A DNA stretch of 64,000 nucleotides from Catajapyx aquilonaris (Eukaryota). The notes under the pieces are model-generated. The model saw nothing but the letters and a program-made list of their open reading frames with translations, was not told the origin of the DNA and ran no database searches. The stretch is taken from positions 1 through 64,000 of the forward strand of contig KZ538347.1 in NCBI GenBank assembly GCA_000934665.2, read 5' to 3'. This document shows, piece by piece, positions 1-11,720 of this stretch; the stretch's first letter is position 1; each line of letters opens with the position of its first letter. The position numbers and the translations under genes are program-made.

Positions 1-440
1 CCCTGCGTACGGCCTTGGTTTGCATGTATATATCTTTTGTTACCTACCCAGAAGCAGAAGTGATTAAGTCCGTTTTTCTCCAAATTGAGTTTCAGGCTTT
101 TTTGTGATCCTATTGTATGGTACTATTTTACGGAAAAATATTTCACGCGGCAAAGGAACGCATGTTAGTGTTCTCCACATCATATCATCCATGACATAGC
201 CGAACTTCCAAAGCAGAAGTTGCTAAGTACTATTTATCAGGGCAAAAATGGCTAAGTCAAAAAATGACTTAATCACTTTTGCTTCTGGATGCTTCAATTA
301 AACAGGGTTTTTTACGTTACCCCGTGATAAGGCTTAACCTTTTTAGGGGGGTGGGATACCACCATTTTCACTCCTTAACTTCATACACCAGTGCGAGACA
401 AGGATGTAGGGTAGGGATAGGGATTTTTTGGGAAGGTAAC

Positions 441-1107
441 TGTGATAGGAGAAAAAGGAGATACTGGGTGGAAGCATAGTAAGCACTGAGTCACCGCCAC
501 GAGGTCTATGATGCAGGCAACACTCACAAGATGAGAACATGAGGTTCCCAGGAGATAGAGCAAGTGACATAATTATGAGCCCAAGTCATGAGGGGCACAA
601 GTCATCATGATGAGAACTATGAACAATTGAACATATAGCAATCAGACAAGATGAGAGATTGGGAAAAAAGAAAAGAGAAGGGCAGTCAGGACGGAGAGAG
701 GACCGGGGGCAGTCGATCCAGGCTGACCGGGAAGTTCGAGAGTTGGACAGCGATTGACCCGCAGGAGGTCAACGAGGACCCAGCAGAGGACCAACTAGGC
801 ATCAGGAGTAACACAGTGAGTAGAGGGAGCATACAGCAGAGAACCGGGGATATACAGTGTACCTACCAGGAACCGTAGTGTAGCGTAGCCCACTTGTAAG
901 TAAATCTGTGCAGCAAATAAAAGTATGGAAAGCAGTCCAAGCCAAGTTGATTCCACTACCCAGGAGTGCCCCTAACCCTTCCCGGGTCCGGCACCTTACC
1001 TCGCCTCCCAGTGCAAAAGTCAAAATAAGGATTAGACTTAAATTCCAAAGGGGGGTCGTTCCCCCCCTTGCCCCCACTCTTGGATCCGACCCTAGATGAT
1101 TGTCACT
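441..1107 (+). mobile_element. Possible related, decayed LTR
   Basis: Starts TGTGAT and ends TTGTCAC. An AATAAA at ~916 is followed by cccctaacccttcccgggtccggcacc, similar to ccccttgacctctcggggtccgggtacc at the same relative position in the 3078-4117 element. Confidence 0.3.
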
Positions 1108-1989
1108 GAATAAAACATCATCAAATGATTCCAAGGGCAGAATCAACTTTTTAGCCGTTGGTAAAACATGGCCCAAATTAAAAGGTCGATTGCGGCTAAA
1201 CGGCTGAGCCGATTTTGACGGACCAAACACCATTCGACGCGGCCTTTAATGCTCTTTAGAATTGTTGAGAGTAAAACCTTCGGTAGGCTGCGTAGTTTAG
1301 GAGTTATAAGCGAAAAACTACAAAAAGGGAGAAAATTTCGCCGTTTTTTGACTCCCAACACTTACGCAGAAGTCAGAATCCGTCGCAAACTCACAGGACT
1401 CTTATTTGGGACCCCCTAAAGGTATTAACACACTTTCCAGCTTTGGACGATTTTTCGGGAAGCATATGTCTAATTTGCCTGGACTAATAACTTACGTACC
1501 GGTAGTAATTATTTCGAGGTAAAAAAAAAAAAACGGTATTTTCTTGTTCATGAAAGCAACACCACGCCGTTAAATCAAATGTCAAGGGGATTAGCGTGGG
1601 CGATTTGGTGATTTTATACACGCCCCGCCGCGCCGCAAGAAATTAGTATGTGGGATGGCCCATACTGCCATACACGGTAAGTTAATAAGTAGTGGTAAGC
1701 TTATATAACTTATTCTAGAATATTATTCCAGCAAGTCAGCCAGAGGATAGTGATGGACTCGGGAGGTGTGGCCCAGACGGAACCGGAGGTGGAGATGAGG
1801 GACGGATTGTCGTTCATTCCGCAGGGGACTTGAATCCTCCTGTTGGGAAGCCGATGGATCATCGTGACCGACATTCCCTTTGAACCTTACCATGTTATAC
1901 GGTGAACAGCCAATTTCGGAGCATTCGATAAATTTTTGAGAAAGGAAGGGGCACAAATAGGTAATTCCACCGGAACAAACAAGGGAAAG

Positions 1990-2437
1990 AGCTAATTAAG
2001 TATTTAGAATTAAAAGAGAGGAACCACTTGCTAAACGAGACGCGTATAGACTTGAAGGAATGTTAGCGGGATTGACAGAATCTTTCACGATCAGGAGTCC
2101 GGGCGCAGTCGCCGAGGGCTAATTTTGGATGTTTGGCACAGTAGATGATGCAGACTTAACATGAATTAACGATAAAATTAAAGAATTGGGTCAGAGCAAT
2201 GACGACATGTTGCATTTGATGGAAAAGCAAACCAGCTGAATGGGGGAAAATTAATGAACATGTCGTAAGAAACGCAAGACAGATGACTAAAGACTTGGCG
2301 GTTTGCCTAACATCACTGGCACACAGAATGTGGAGAATGGGTTTACATAAAGGACAACATCATGTTCATTGGGACTATTGACACATATTTGAGAGAGATA
2401 GAGTCAGCTTTAGCACAGTTTCACACTCATCTGACAC
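1990..2437 (+). pseudogene. Degenerate env (baculovirus-F-like / errantivirus-type fusion protein) fragment of an LTR retroelement
   Basis: Translation gives GRSRR-GLI (furin-site-like RxRR at 2104-2115). After a frameshift or deletion it reads WMFGTVDDADLT*INDKIKELGQSNDDMLHLMEKQTS, resembling the F-protein fusion-peptide pattern RxxR-GL...LFGTxDxxD plus a heptad. Contains stops and frameshifts. Confidence 0.6.
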
Positions 2438-3077
2438 CATCCTGCTTGTACCATGCTTGTACGCAACAATGAAGAGGCTCCATGGGACAGAAGAGATGTG
2501 CGAACACTCGTCCAAAAGCAAGGTGCGGTCATCCTGTGGTCATTGTACTGTAGTTGATGCGGTCAGTTTGTCATGCCAATAACTATAGTGTGTTATGTGT
2601 AATCTCGCCTTGATTAAAGCGCCCCAACGGGTCCGGCGCCGAACCTACCCCAATTCCTAATCCCAACCCTAATCCTAATTAAATCCCTAATCTGACCATC
2701 TGTCAAAGTACGATTGTCTTCACATAGACCTAGGCCCACTCATTTTTCCCTCTTCGTCATAGATGATGCCCACCATTGAAGTGGCTTTTTTTCCTTACCC
2801 TATAGTGTAATAAGATAATTAGTCATTAGAATCATCATAATTTTCATAATTTATTCTGCAGCCAAAGAAAAGGGATAAGATTCAGCCGGTCATCACCGTG
2901 GAAGCCGCATCCGCTGCAGCCGACATATCCGCAGTCTCAGCAGCAACTTGAGCAGCTGCAGTTTCCGCATCATCAATACATCCCAAGCCCGTAGGCTATA
3001 CGATGATGTTGTGTCATCCCTAATATCTTGTGACGCTATACCGGAAGGTCCTACGATCCTGAATAAGAAGAGGACCT

Positions 3078-4117
3078 TGTGACACGGTATGAAAGGGAGC
3101 CAAATAGACAGACAACAGGAGAGATGGTCCAGTCATGCAGTAGCAGTAAGGCCGTCACAGGGGCAGAATCGGACTATATAAAGTGAGTATGGAGCAATGG
3201 AGGGTTAATAATAATTCGTTTTGGGCAAAAGCAGGCTTGTAAGTTACATTTAAGATAATCCAAATATCCGTTTCAGAATTTTTTTTTACAATGACGGAAG
3301 TAAGCAGCATGCCCAGCCAAGGAATACTAAGATGGCAGTAAGAATGAGCTTGTGTACCGCCTACGTCATCAGGGCGCCTCTTCTGGCTTGCATTGCGGAA
3401 TTCCATCGTTTATTGGTGAATATTGTTGGGAATATGACGGAAGTTGGGAAGATATATGGCAGTTTGCAGACACGGACTAAAGGATGACGTCAGGACGGAA
3501 CTACAATATATACTATGTACACAAACCCCAGTTCAATCCATGAAGCAGTCCGTATTGCGTTTGAGCCTTTGAGCCAAGATACGACCAGAGGAGAAGCTGC
3601 GAGACGGCCTGGCACGTCCGAAGTGATTTCAGTGTCAACAGCCAGCAATAGAGCCGGAGCTCAATTCGGCTACAGTTCCGGTGTGAGACGCGGACGGGAG
3701 TGTACGAGTGATACAGTGGGTGACTCTGTGCAATACACCAAGGAGACCAGCACTACCCAGCGGCGACCCAGAGACGGCCCCCGGCCCCCAACCAAGGAAG
3801 ACAGCTCGAGTACTGGGCTACTGGCTACTGGGTGAGTGGAAGGCACGACTGCATCTAAAGGGGGTTGTCCCATATTGTTGCGCCGCCTGGTTCGCTGCCC
3901 GAGGCACCATATACCTAGTGTACCTAGTGTACCCCTGTGTCAATGCGCCCCTATACCACAATAAATTAGTTAGAACCTTATTGTCAGTTGTTGGTAGCCC
4001 GTACCCCCCTTGACCTCTCGGGGTCCGGGTACCGCCCTACGTAACCATCCCAACATTCCTCCTTCGTCTCCACCCCGGTCCTTCCCCCGGACCCACCTTC
4101 CCCAGTGTCACGTCACA
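3078..4117 (+). mobile_element. Putative LTR (~1 kb)
   Basis: TGTGAC...GTCACA inverted termini, preceded by purine-rich GAATAAGAAGAGGA (PPT-like). Internal TATA-like motif at ~3506 and AATAAA at ~3960. Flanked by env fragments. No TSD found; an alternative start at 3029 (TGTGACG) is possible. Confidence 0.45.
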
Positions 4118-4224
4118 GAAGTAAATTAAGCACGTTTAGTACTAACGCCAATATTGTGTACTTCATTTTGTTTTGTACTCAATAGTAGGGTGATGTAGAG
4201 ATAATTATTAACAGATTCGTCAGC

Positions 4225-4400
4225 TATTTTGTCATTGTTTATTTTTTATGTTCATTATAATTGCTTATTTTTTATTTTATTTTCGTTTTTTCGTTTATTT
4301 TCATTTGTTTTTTATTTTGTCATTTTTTATTCGTGCTTTATATTTTGTCATTTTTTATTCACGTTTTTTATTTTGTCATTTTTTAAATTATTTTGTCATA
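4225..4400. repeat. T-rich degenerate minisatellite (recurring ttttgtcattttttattc core)
   Basis: Repeated ttttgtcatt units are visible directly. Confidence 0.7.
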
Positions 4401-4419
4401 AAGTTAACGATCACACGAT

Positions 4420-4835
4420 ACGGAACACTAGACTGAACAACCGACCGGCCAATGTTACAAAGGACTTGACAATTTCACTGTCACACTGGGCCAAAGCAGC
4501 CAAAGTGTGGGGACTGAATTCGATAAGCTGGAGGATAACATTATCAGCTCTGGCCCAGTGTCACACGGACATGACACAACTAATACATTCCCTTGATGTA
4601 ATAGCAATTATTGGTAAATTAAGCCCGTATTTAATCAGCCCACCAGAATTGTTCAGAACACTTGAAAGATATAAAAGAAAGGTTGCCCCGCCAGCTAAGT
4701 TCTGTCATTCCAACCACAGGAGATTTTCTGTACCAATACTACCAATGAGCGAGTGTGCACCCGGAGACAACAAAAGAAGGGCTGAGATTATTTATTGAAC
4801 TACCGCTAGAGTTCTCGAACATTTGAATTATATAA
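4420..4835 (+). pseudogene. Second degenerate env/F-like fragment
   Basis: VTKDLTISLSHWA...SALAQCHTDMTQL...GKLSPYLISPPELFRTL, then in a shifted frame LYQYYQ*ASV...GLRLFIELPL...FELYK. Overlaps and resembles the first fragment (MTKDLAVCLTSLA...SALAQFHTHLT). Confidence 0.55.
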
Positions 4836-5234
4836 GTAATGGCATGGTAAATTATAATTTTGATGTGTTCATACTCTGTACTCTTTTGAATGGCAATAAT
4901 ATTGAATTACTTGAATTTTCAAAAACATTTTCCTTATTTTCAGGCGCAACAATCAATATGTTTTTACACATTGTTGTCGAACTTTAAATCCGTGGCGTGC
5001 ACGTTTTTCCAAGCAACAGCCTCTATCATCCGATGAAATGTGAGCTCATTTTAAAATATTCTAACATTATCACCGACCGTTTTAAAGAAGGTATCCTATG
5101 AGTTTAAATCTGTTAACATATACAACTGTATATAAGTCTTGGAACATACTGTTGCCAAATACCGTAAAGCAACAAATGCACAGCACCCTCTATGTGCCTG
5201 CAAAACATGTTCTTTAAAAAATCAGAAAATAACG

Positions 5235-8200
5235 CCACAAAGTTCATCTTCATATCTTTATTGTCCTGAAATAGTTTGCAGGTTCCCTGTTTATAAAAAA
5301 ATAAATAAAGAAATAAAAGGTACGGAAGGGGATGTACTCTGCTGTATCCCGTCGCTTCACATCTTCAGGCTGTGGAGCAATGACTTCCTTGAGCAAATTG
5401 AAAAATACTACTGTACTGATACTGTACAAGAGACGAATGAAAAAAAAAGAGACTGTGTCCACTTCAATGTGACAGACCAGAAAGTGGAAGATGGAACTGA
5501 AAATTCTTTTTAAAAAACGGAGGCTCTAGAGATGTACAATACAAGAGTGAGAAAAAGGTCTGAGTTTTGCCTTGACAAGAAAAAAATTATAAAAACAGAC
5601 AGCCAGAGTGACAGAGAGGGCAGAGAATGGAAACAAATAAAAGGCCTTGTGGCAGAAATTAGGGGAGCCCAACTTTTTTTTTTCTTTTGACCTCCCACCC
5701 TTCCAATCGAAATGTTGTTTTGATACTACTGCAAGGCTCCCCTCATTTCCGCAAAAGGATGATGGGCTTTTCTCTTTAGGTCCCACTAGTTTGTGTTTCG
5801 TTTAATCCATCCATCCATACAATGAGAGGTTACAGCGTGGAAAGCAAGAAGAAAAACGATAATAATAAGTGGTAATAATAAAGAAGAGTGTGTAGTCTTT
5901 TTTTATATATATACCTTTTGTTATCAGGGGAGAAATGTAATTTTTTTTTTTTAAAAAAAGAAAGAAATTAAACTATTTTTTGAGAGGGTGTGCTTGCTGT
6001 GCTAAAATCTCTCTCTCTCCTAATTGTCGTACGTACGTTTTTCTTGTTACGTTAAAGGCGCAACTACCAAAGGTTGTCACAGCGACATATCTTTGCAAAT
6101 GTTTTTTTTGGCAACATGCCTCTAAGATTCTGCACTACTCCCTGAACTAAAAGGGAGTTGGTCGAGTCTCAACAACAATAAAAAAAAGGACTCATCCACA
6201 TCTATGTACAAGCACATGGCCATCGCAAAAATTCCTATTTCTTACCGCCTGCTATGCAAATAAAAGGGAGAAAATATGTTTGCAATACTTGTTACAATAC
6301 TGGCCAAGTACACTACAGGATATCAGGCGAGCGAAGAAAAGAAATTGTAATTTTTGCGAGGGCGTACAGTCCCACAAAAAATCGAAAGCATTTTCTGTCA
6401 GTGGCAGGGAAAGATTTTTTAAAAACTAAGAATTAGACACACAAAAAAACTGTCAGATGGAAAAAATAAACAAGAACAGACGGATTCTTCTCAAAAAGGG
6501 GGAGGGTTGATTAACAGGTGGGAAGAAGCTGTAAGAGAAGAATTGCAAAAAGGGACACTCAATAATAAAAGCCAACAGCCACAAAGTTTCTGTGGGCAGT
6601 GTGAAGAACGAGAGACAAAGAATGCAAGTGCTACACATAGCAAGAGATTATAAAGATCATCTAGCGCCTACAAACGACCAGAGTGGCAACGACATAACTG
6701 TTCAGAAGGAAAAAACGGGTGGAAAAAACAGGCAATTTTTTTCCCCTTTTTTTGTGTGTTTAAAAAGGTGCCAACTACCCAACTACATAATGGAAGAAGC
6801 TCGAAAAAGTTTTTTTTTTTTGTTTTTGTGGATGGCAGTTCACCTACACAGTTTTTTTTTTCTCCTTAAAAAAATTCGTCTTAAAAGTGTAGGCAAGAAA
6901 AAAAAAAGTTGGGTGATTGACAATAAAGTCTCTGGGACCCCTTCATCAATACCTTGTATATACGTTTTTATTACAAAAATGGAGTATCTGAAGTTTTCAA
7001 TGCAGTTCTTTAAATTTGTGATATATATTTTTTTTCAAACTCTCTTCTTCTTCTTTTTTTTCGTGGTTTGTATTTTTTAAAACCCCAGTCTAAACGCCTC
7101 ACGTGATGTGTTCACCTTATCATGTCTCTCTCTTTGTAACAAAGAAAATACACGTTTGGAAAGTTAACACACGAAAGGCTGGGTCATCAGCTCCGAATGC
7201 ACCTCCAAAAAAAAACAAATATATCCAAGGGAGGAATAGAACTCGAAAAAGGGAAATTTGAACAAACAGAAACAGTACAAAAGGGGTCACGTGACATCCA
7301 CAATATTCGAACTGACACCCAACCCTCCAACACACCTTCCCTGGTTGGCAGAAAGGCACGGTTTTCATGGTTTTTTTTTTGTCTCTTCAACTGTCACACA
7401 CCATTTGCATTGCGACACTTTGGCAGAGGTTTTTTTTTACTTTACAAAAATCAGAAAAGAAGCGTCACGTTTAACTTAATGAGATTCCTGCCAAAGTGCG
7501 GCAAGAAAGGTGGACGCTCACCCTCTTTATTTGTTGTATTGTGTCCAAATGAGGCGTTAGAACCAGAACTTTTTTTTGGTGGGTACTCTTTTTTTTTTCT
7601 TATCTTTTCCTGTTTTGGAGTTTTTGACAACACACTATGTCTATGATACCTTAGCTTTGATCCCTTAGGTATAAGCAAGAGGCACAAGGTATACAATACA
7701 GTTTTACATGAGGGCCTTTTTCTCAAGTGATCATACTGGTTACAGTTTCTTATAACAAAATAGGTACATAATCTTCATGTTTCACAATACCGTTTCATCT
7801 GTATTTCTTATAATGTTAAATTTAAATAAATCTGCCCTTTGTTTTTTTTTTTAAAATCATCTTCACATTTCAAACTCTCTCTCTCTCTATCTCCCCCTTT
7901 TTTTCACGTTGATATTGGCGTTTGTGATTCTGACAACAACAGGATGAAGATATGACAACGAGAGTGACTTATCACAATCATCGGTTCGGCGGCGACGGCT
8001 GCTTTGCAAACAACTATTATTTTTTTCCCCTTTCCCTGTAATGCATTTTCACATTTCGCATAGGAAAAAAGAAAGGGAACTGGAGAAAAATTGGAATCAC
8101 GACAATGAGAACAAGTGGTTTTTTTAAAAACTTGAGAAAGAGGACCGAGGATCAGCAAGAACGAACAGAAAATGACAACGGAAAAGAGAATCAAGGAGAA

Positions 8201-11200
8201 CCGGGTGGCATCACCAAAAAGTCGTCCTAAGGCTAAACACCTAAGACAAAAAGAGTGCCTTGAGAAAAAAGCAGTCCAATTGTTACGAAATGGACCCATC
8301 AAAAAAAAAGAGAGATAAAAAAGAGATGTATTAGGAAGAGTGGAAGTGTCTATAGCATTTTAAATGTCAAAAGCTGCATAATATGCTCAGGAGGGAAGAA
8401 GGATTAAAAAAAAACACATTGCAAAAATTATAGGTTAAATTTTAAATAAAGAAAGGACGGCGGGTATTTTTCTACATTTTTCTTGATGTCTCGCTCTTAA
8501 TATCAATGATTTTTCTTTGTAATATTTGTAATATATATACTTTTTGGCGGAGCCGTGTACAAGCCCAAGGAGCATTGAAAAAGGCACATTGAGACTCCTT
8601 CCTGTGTGGTAGAGTCACATTGACTGTGCAAAGGATTGTCACGAGAGGAATCTGACAAGTTTCTCCTGAACAAAAAAAAAATGGGGAACATAATCCGGTT
8701 ACTTTTCCGGGTTGTGTCCAGGACAAAAAACTCTTTGCTTTGATATGCATTCCTTCCGGTCCCAAATGTTACATTCTGCCTTAAAAAATCGCCTCCGACA
8801 TTTGAACATCACTTTTTTAACTGTAATGCAACTAAACTACGTTGGTCTTTGAATCATGTCAATAAAGAGACAGGTGAAGATAAAGAAGAGCACCATTGTT
8901 ACCCTGATGACCTGTGCATTACTGATAAAATCCACAGATATGTACGAGTTGCGGTGGAGACAATCCAAAAAACATGAGTATCCGGATTTCCAGGACGAAT
9001 AAAAGTCAGCTTCCTCGTTCCAATCCTGATATGTTTAGTATCTCTCTCTTTTTTTTCCATCATTTAAAATATTCCAGCTGGGAAAGTTGAAATGGGGGTC
9101 AGGATATTTTTGGCAAATTTTTAAAGGTTTAAAAAGATTGGGGGGGGGGGGGGANATTTACCCCGCCATTATTTTTTCTCTCAAAAAACCTCACACACAT
9201 TTTGGTTAAAAAGAGTTTTCCAAAGAAGTTGTTGTGATTGTCATTTACTGTTGGGATTAGTTGGTTTTTTTTCCAGTTAAAAAAAAAAAAAAAATGGGTA
9301 GCGCGGTTGGGGTCGGAGGGGTTGGGAGTAGGGGCACAGATTATTTTTAAAGCTATGCTGACAATACTGATGTTGAACATAATACATATGAAGCGTAAAG
9401 TGGACAAAAAATACTCAAAAGAACCAAACAGCAAAGGGCAGGGGGTTTTTTGCAAGGAAAACGAATAATTTTGCAGTCGTTTCTTTTTTCTTTTGTTTAG
9501 CCTTTTGTTCGCACTCCCGCTTCCAACTGATCTTGCCGCACTGCCAACAATAGTTAGGTTTTAAAAAAATAGCTTGTTACAATAGTTAATAATGAATAGG
9601 CATAATACTGACCTTCCAGTGCCCCACTTAGAAAATTACATGTTTAAACTCCTCAGATCATGCCTGCTTAGGAAGATTCATTTAACGTTTTTGGCGCCAC
9701 TGGAAAGGCCACAATATTTTTTTTTTAAACTGGTTTGTAATACTACCGAAAAAATGTCAAAAGCTGGCAATTTTTACTCAAGAAAAAATAGGGGGGGTAT
9801 GGAAGAGAAATACTTGGTTTTCTTTCTATACGAGTAAAAACCAATATCTTACACCAGATTCTACTCCCCTGTGCAAGAAAAAAACATGTCGTGCTCTCTG
9901 CAGTTTTAAAACTTATAAACAAGGATAAATAATATAAAATAAGAAATATTTCCTCTCATGGAATAGGCTACAGACACAATTAGAGTACAGTAAAAAGGGA
10001 TTTGGTAAAAATTGTACGAGTCATACACTACAAAGTTATGGTAGTACTTTAACCCGCTCCCTGTGTTGTGTATGTGTTTTGATAACAAGGTGAGTCAAAA
10101 GTCCGAGGCAAACTGATACTTCGAGACGCATGGTCTTAAAGCACAGTTTAAACTTCTTTTTAACTATTAAAAAAATGGGATCTCTTCTGACTGACCTTGT
10201 CTGGTATTTCCATGTGAATGTGTGTGCATGTGTAGTGTAATGTATGTGACCAAACGCACCCTGATTTTCCAAACAGCACATCATGGCATGAGAGAACAAC
10301 CAAAGCGGGCTACTGGAAAATTGCTCTATAAACCTCAATTGGAATGGCAAGAATAACGAAAAAAAAATATTCATCTTATATCCCAGGTAGGTTAAACACA
10401 GTTGTTTTTTTTTCTTGCAAAATTTTTTCCCATTTTGTAGTTTTTTGCCACCTCCTGATAAAAAATCTTTGTGGAGGAGATTTGGGAGGGTTCAGACGGA
10501 CAAAATACTGCAACATACACAACATTTGGCTCTAAAAAAAAAATCCTCGGAGGAAAAAAAGAAACCATAAAAAATTCCCACTTCAACTTTGAAATAACAC
10601 AGCATCTTCTATGATACATCTAGCTCTTTTTTTTTCTCCCTAAGGTTTCTAAGAAGCAAATGCAAAAATAGATTATATTCAAAAAGTAGAATGGGGAAGG
10701 GGGGAGGCTTATAGGTGGGAGGGAAGATAAAACCAATAGAGTAATTAAATTAACTCCCATCAAGAATCTATGGGTTCCAAAAATAGCGAGTCATCGACCT
10801 CAAAACTGTGATAGAGGGAATCCATGATTTTTTTTTAAATATTGGGGGGGATAGTTTTTTTTTTTAAACAGGGGGAATTGGTTGGATTGATTGATTGGTA
10901 TGTATCAAAGGCAAAAGTCTAAAAATTGACCAAGGGCCAGTTCCATGACTAACCGCACTACCTAAATGTATCCTAGCGATGCTTTTTTTTTTTGTCACTT
11001 TTAAAAAACGCTGTTATAATACCCTCAATCTCGCTCAAAAAGCACGTTCGCCCCCGAAAAAGAGAACACTTAAAACGACACCTGTTATGTAAAAAGAGCT
11101 ATCATGAAAATAGGAAAATGCATTCAGAAACAACTTAGTTTTCTTCTTTTTTTCCGAGTGAGATTATGCAATGCCCTTTTTTTTTGAAAAAATTGTCCAT

Positions 11201-11651
11201 TTCTTCAGTGTCTTCTGGCATCCTTTCATTTTTGTTTTCTCTTGAGATGAAAAACCACGTTGTGCACACAGAATATTTTCATCTCCAATTCCAGATTTAC
11301 CCCCAGTTCATTTCGCTCGCAACAATTGGCATTGGAACACGGTGTCCGCATATACATTTAAAAAAAAATGGATATAACACAACAAGAGAAACAAAACTCT
11401 TGAATCCATCACCCGCACGTGTTTTGTGAAGTCTCCTCTCTTTCTTGGAACAATATTATTCTCCATGATTTTTTGCACATGTTCGGTTGCCACTTGATTA
11501 CTTTTTTTTTTTGTCTCCCAAAGCTACACTATACAGTCCATCCCTGATTGGTGATTTAAACCAATGATAAAATTGTGGGCAGGGAGAGAAGTCTCTTCCT
11601 TCTTTCTCTCGCTCAGTCCTCCTTCTTTTGCATTTTAAAAAAATTGGTGAT
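5235..11651 (-). other. Putative long U-rich 3'UTR of PTB (4.1-6.4 kb, alternative polyadenylation)
   Basis: AT-rich, with U-runs and CU tracts on the minus strand and no convincing coding exons. By eye, the first canonical AATAAA after the stop is at 7526-7531, with others at 6967-6972 and 5257-5262. Confidence 0.6.
5257..5262 (-). terminator. Candidate distal polyadenylation signal AATAAA
   Basis: tttatt on the + strand, followed on the minus strand by a GU/U-rich element (ctttgtggcgttattttctgatttt). Lies near where UTR-like sequence gives way to TE remnants. Confidence 0.5.
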
Positions 11652-11720
11652 TTAGATGGTGGACTTGGAGAAGGACACCCGCAAATGGTTTGATTCACTA
11701 AGCTGGTAGTTGTGCATTTT
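11652..11720 (-). CDS. PTBP1: PTB terminal coding exon: [22 protein letters not shown]
   Basis: acttgcag|AAA ... ATC TAA; canonical PTB C-terminus [11 protein letters not shown]. Confidence 0.97.
   Translation of the reverse strand, partial: KMHNYQLSESNHLRVSFSKSTI

Noticed and set aside
2648..2692. CCTAA/CCCTAA-like repeats (also TAGG x2 near 56675)
   Set aside because: Too short and degenerate for a telomeric array; probably TE-derived simple repeats.
4229..4798. 189-aa ORF as a membrane-protein gene
   Set aside because: The Phe-rich N-terminus is translation of a T-rich minisatellite; the remainder is a decayed env fragment.
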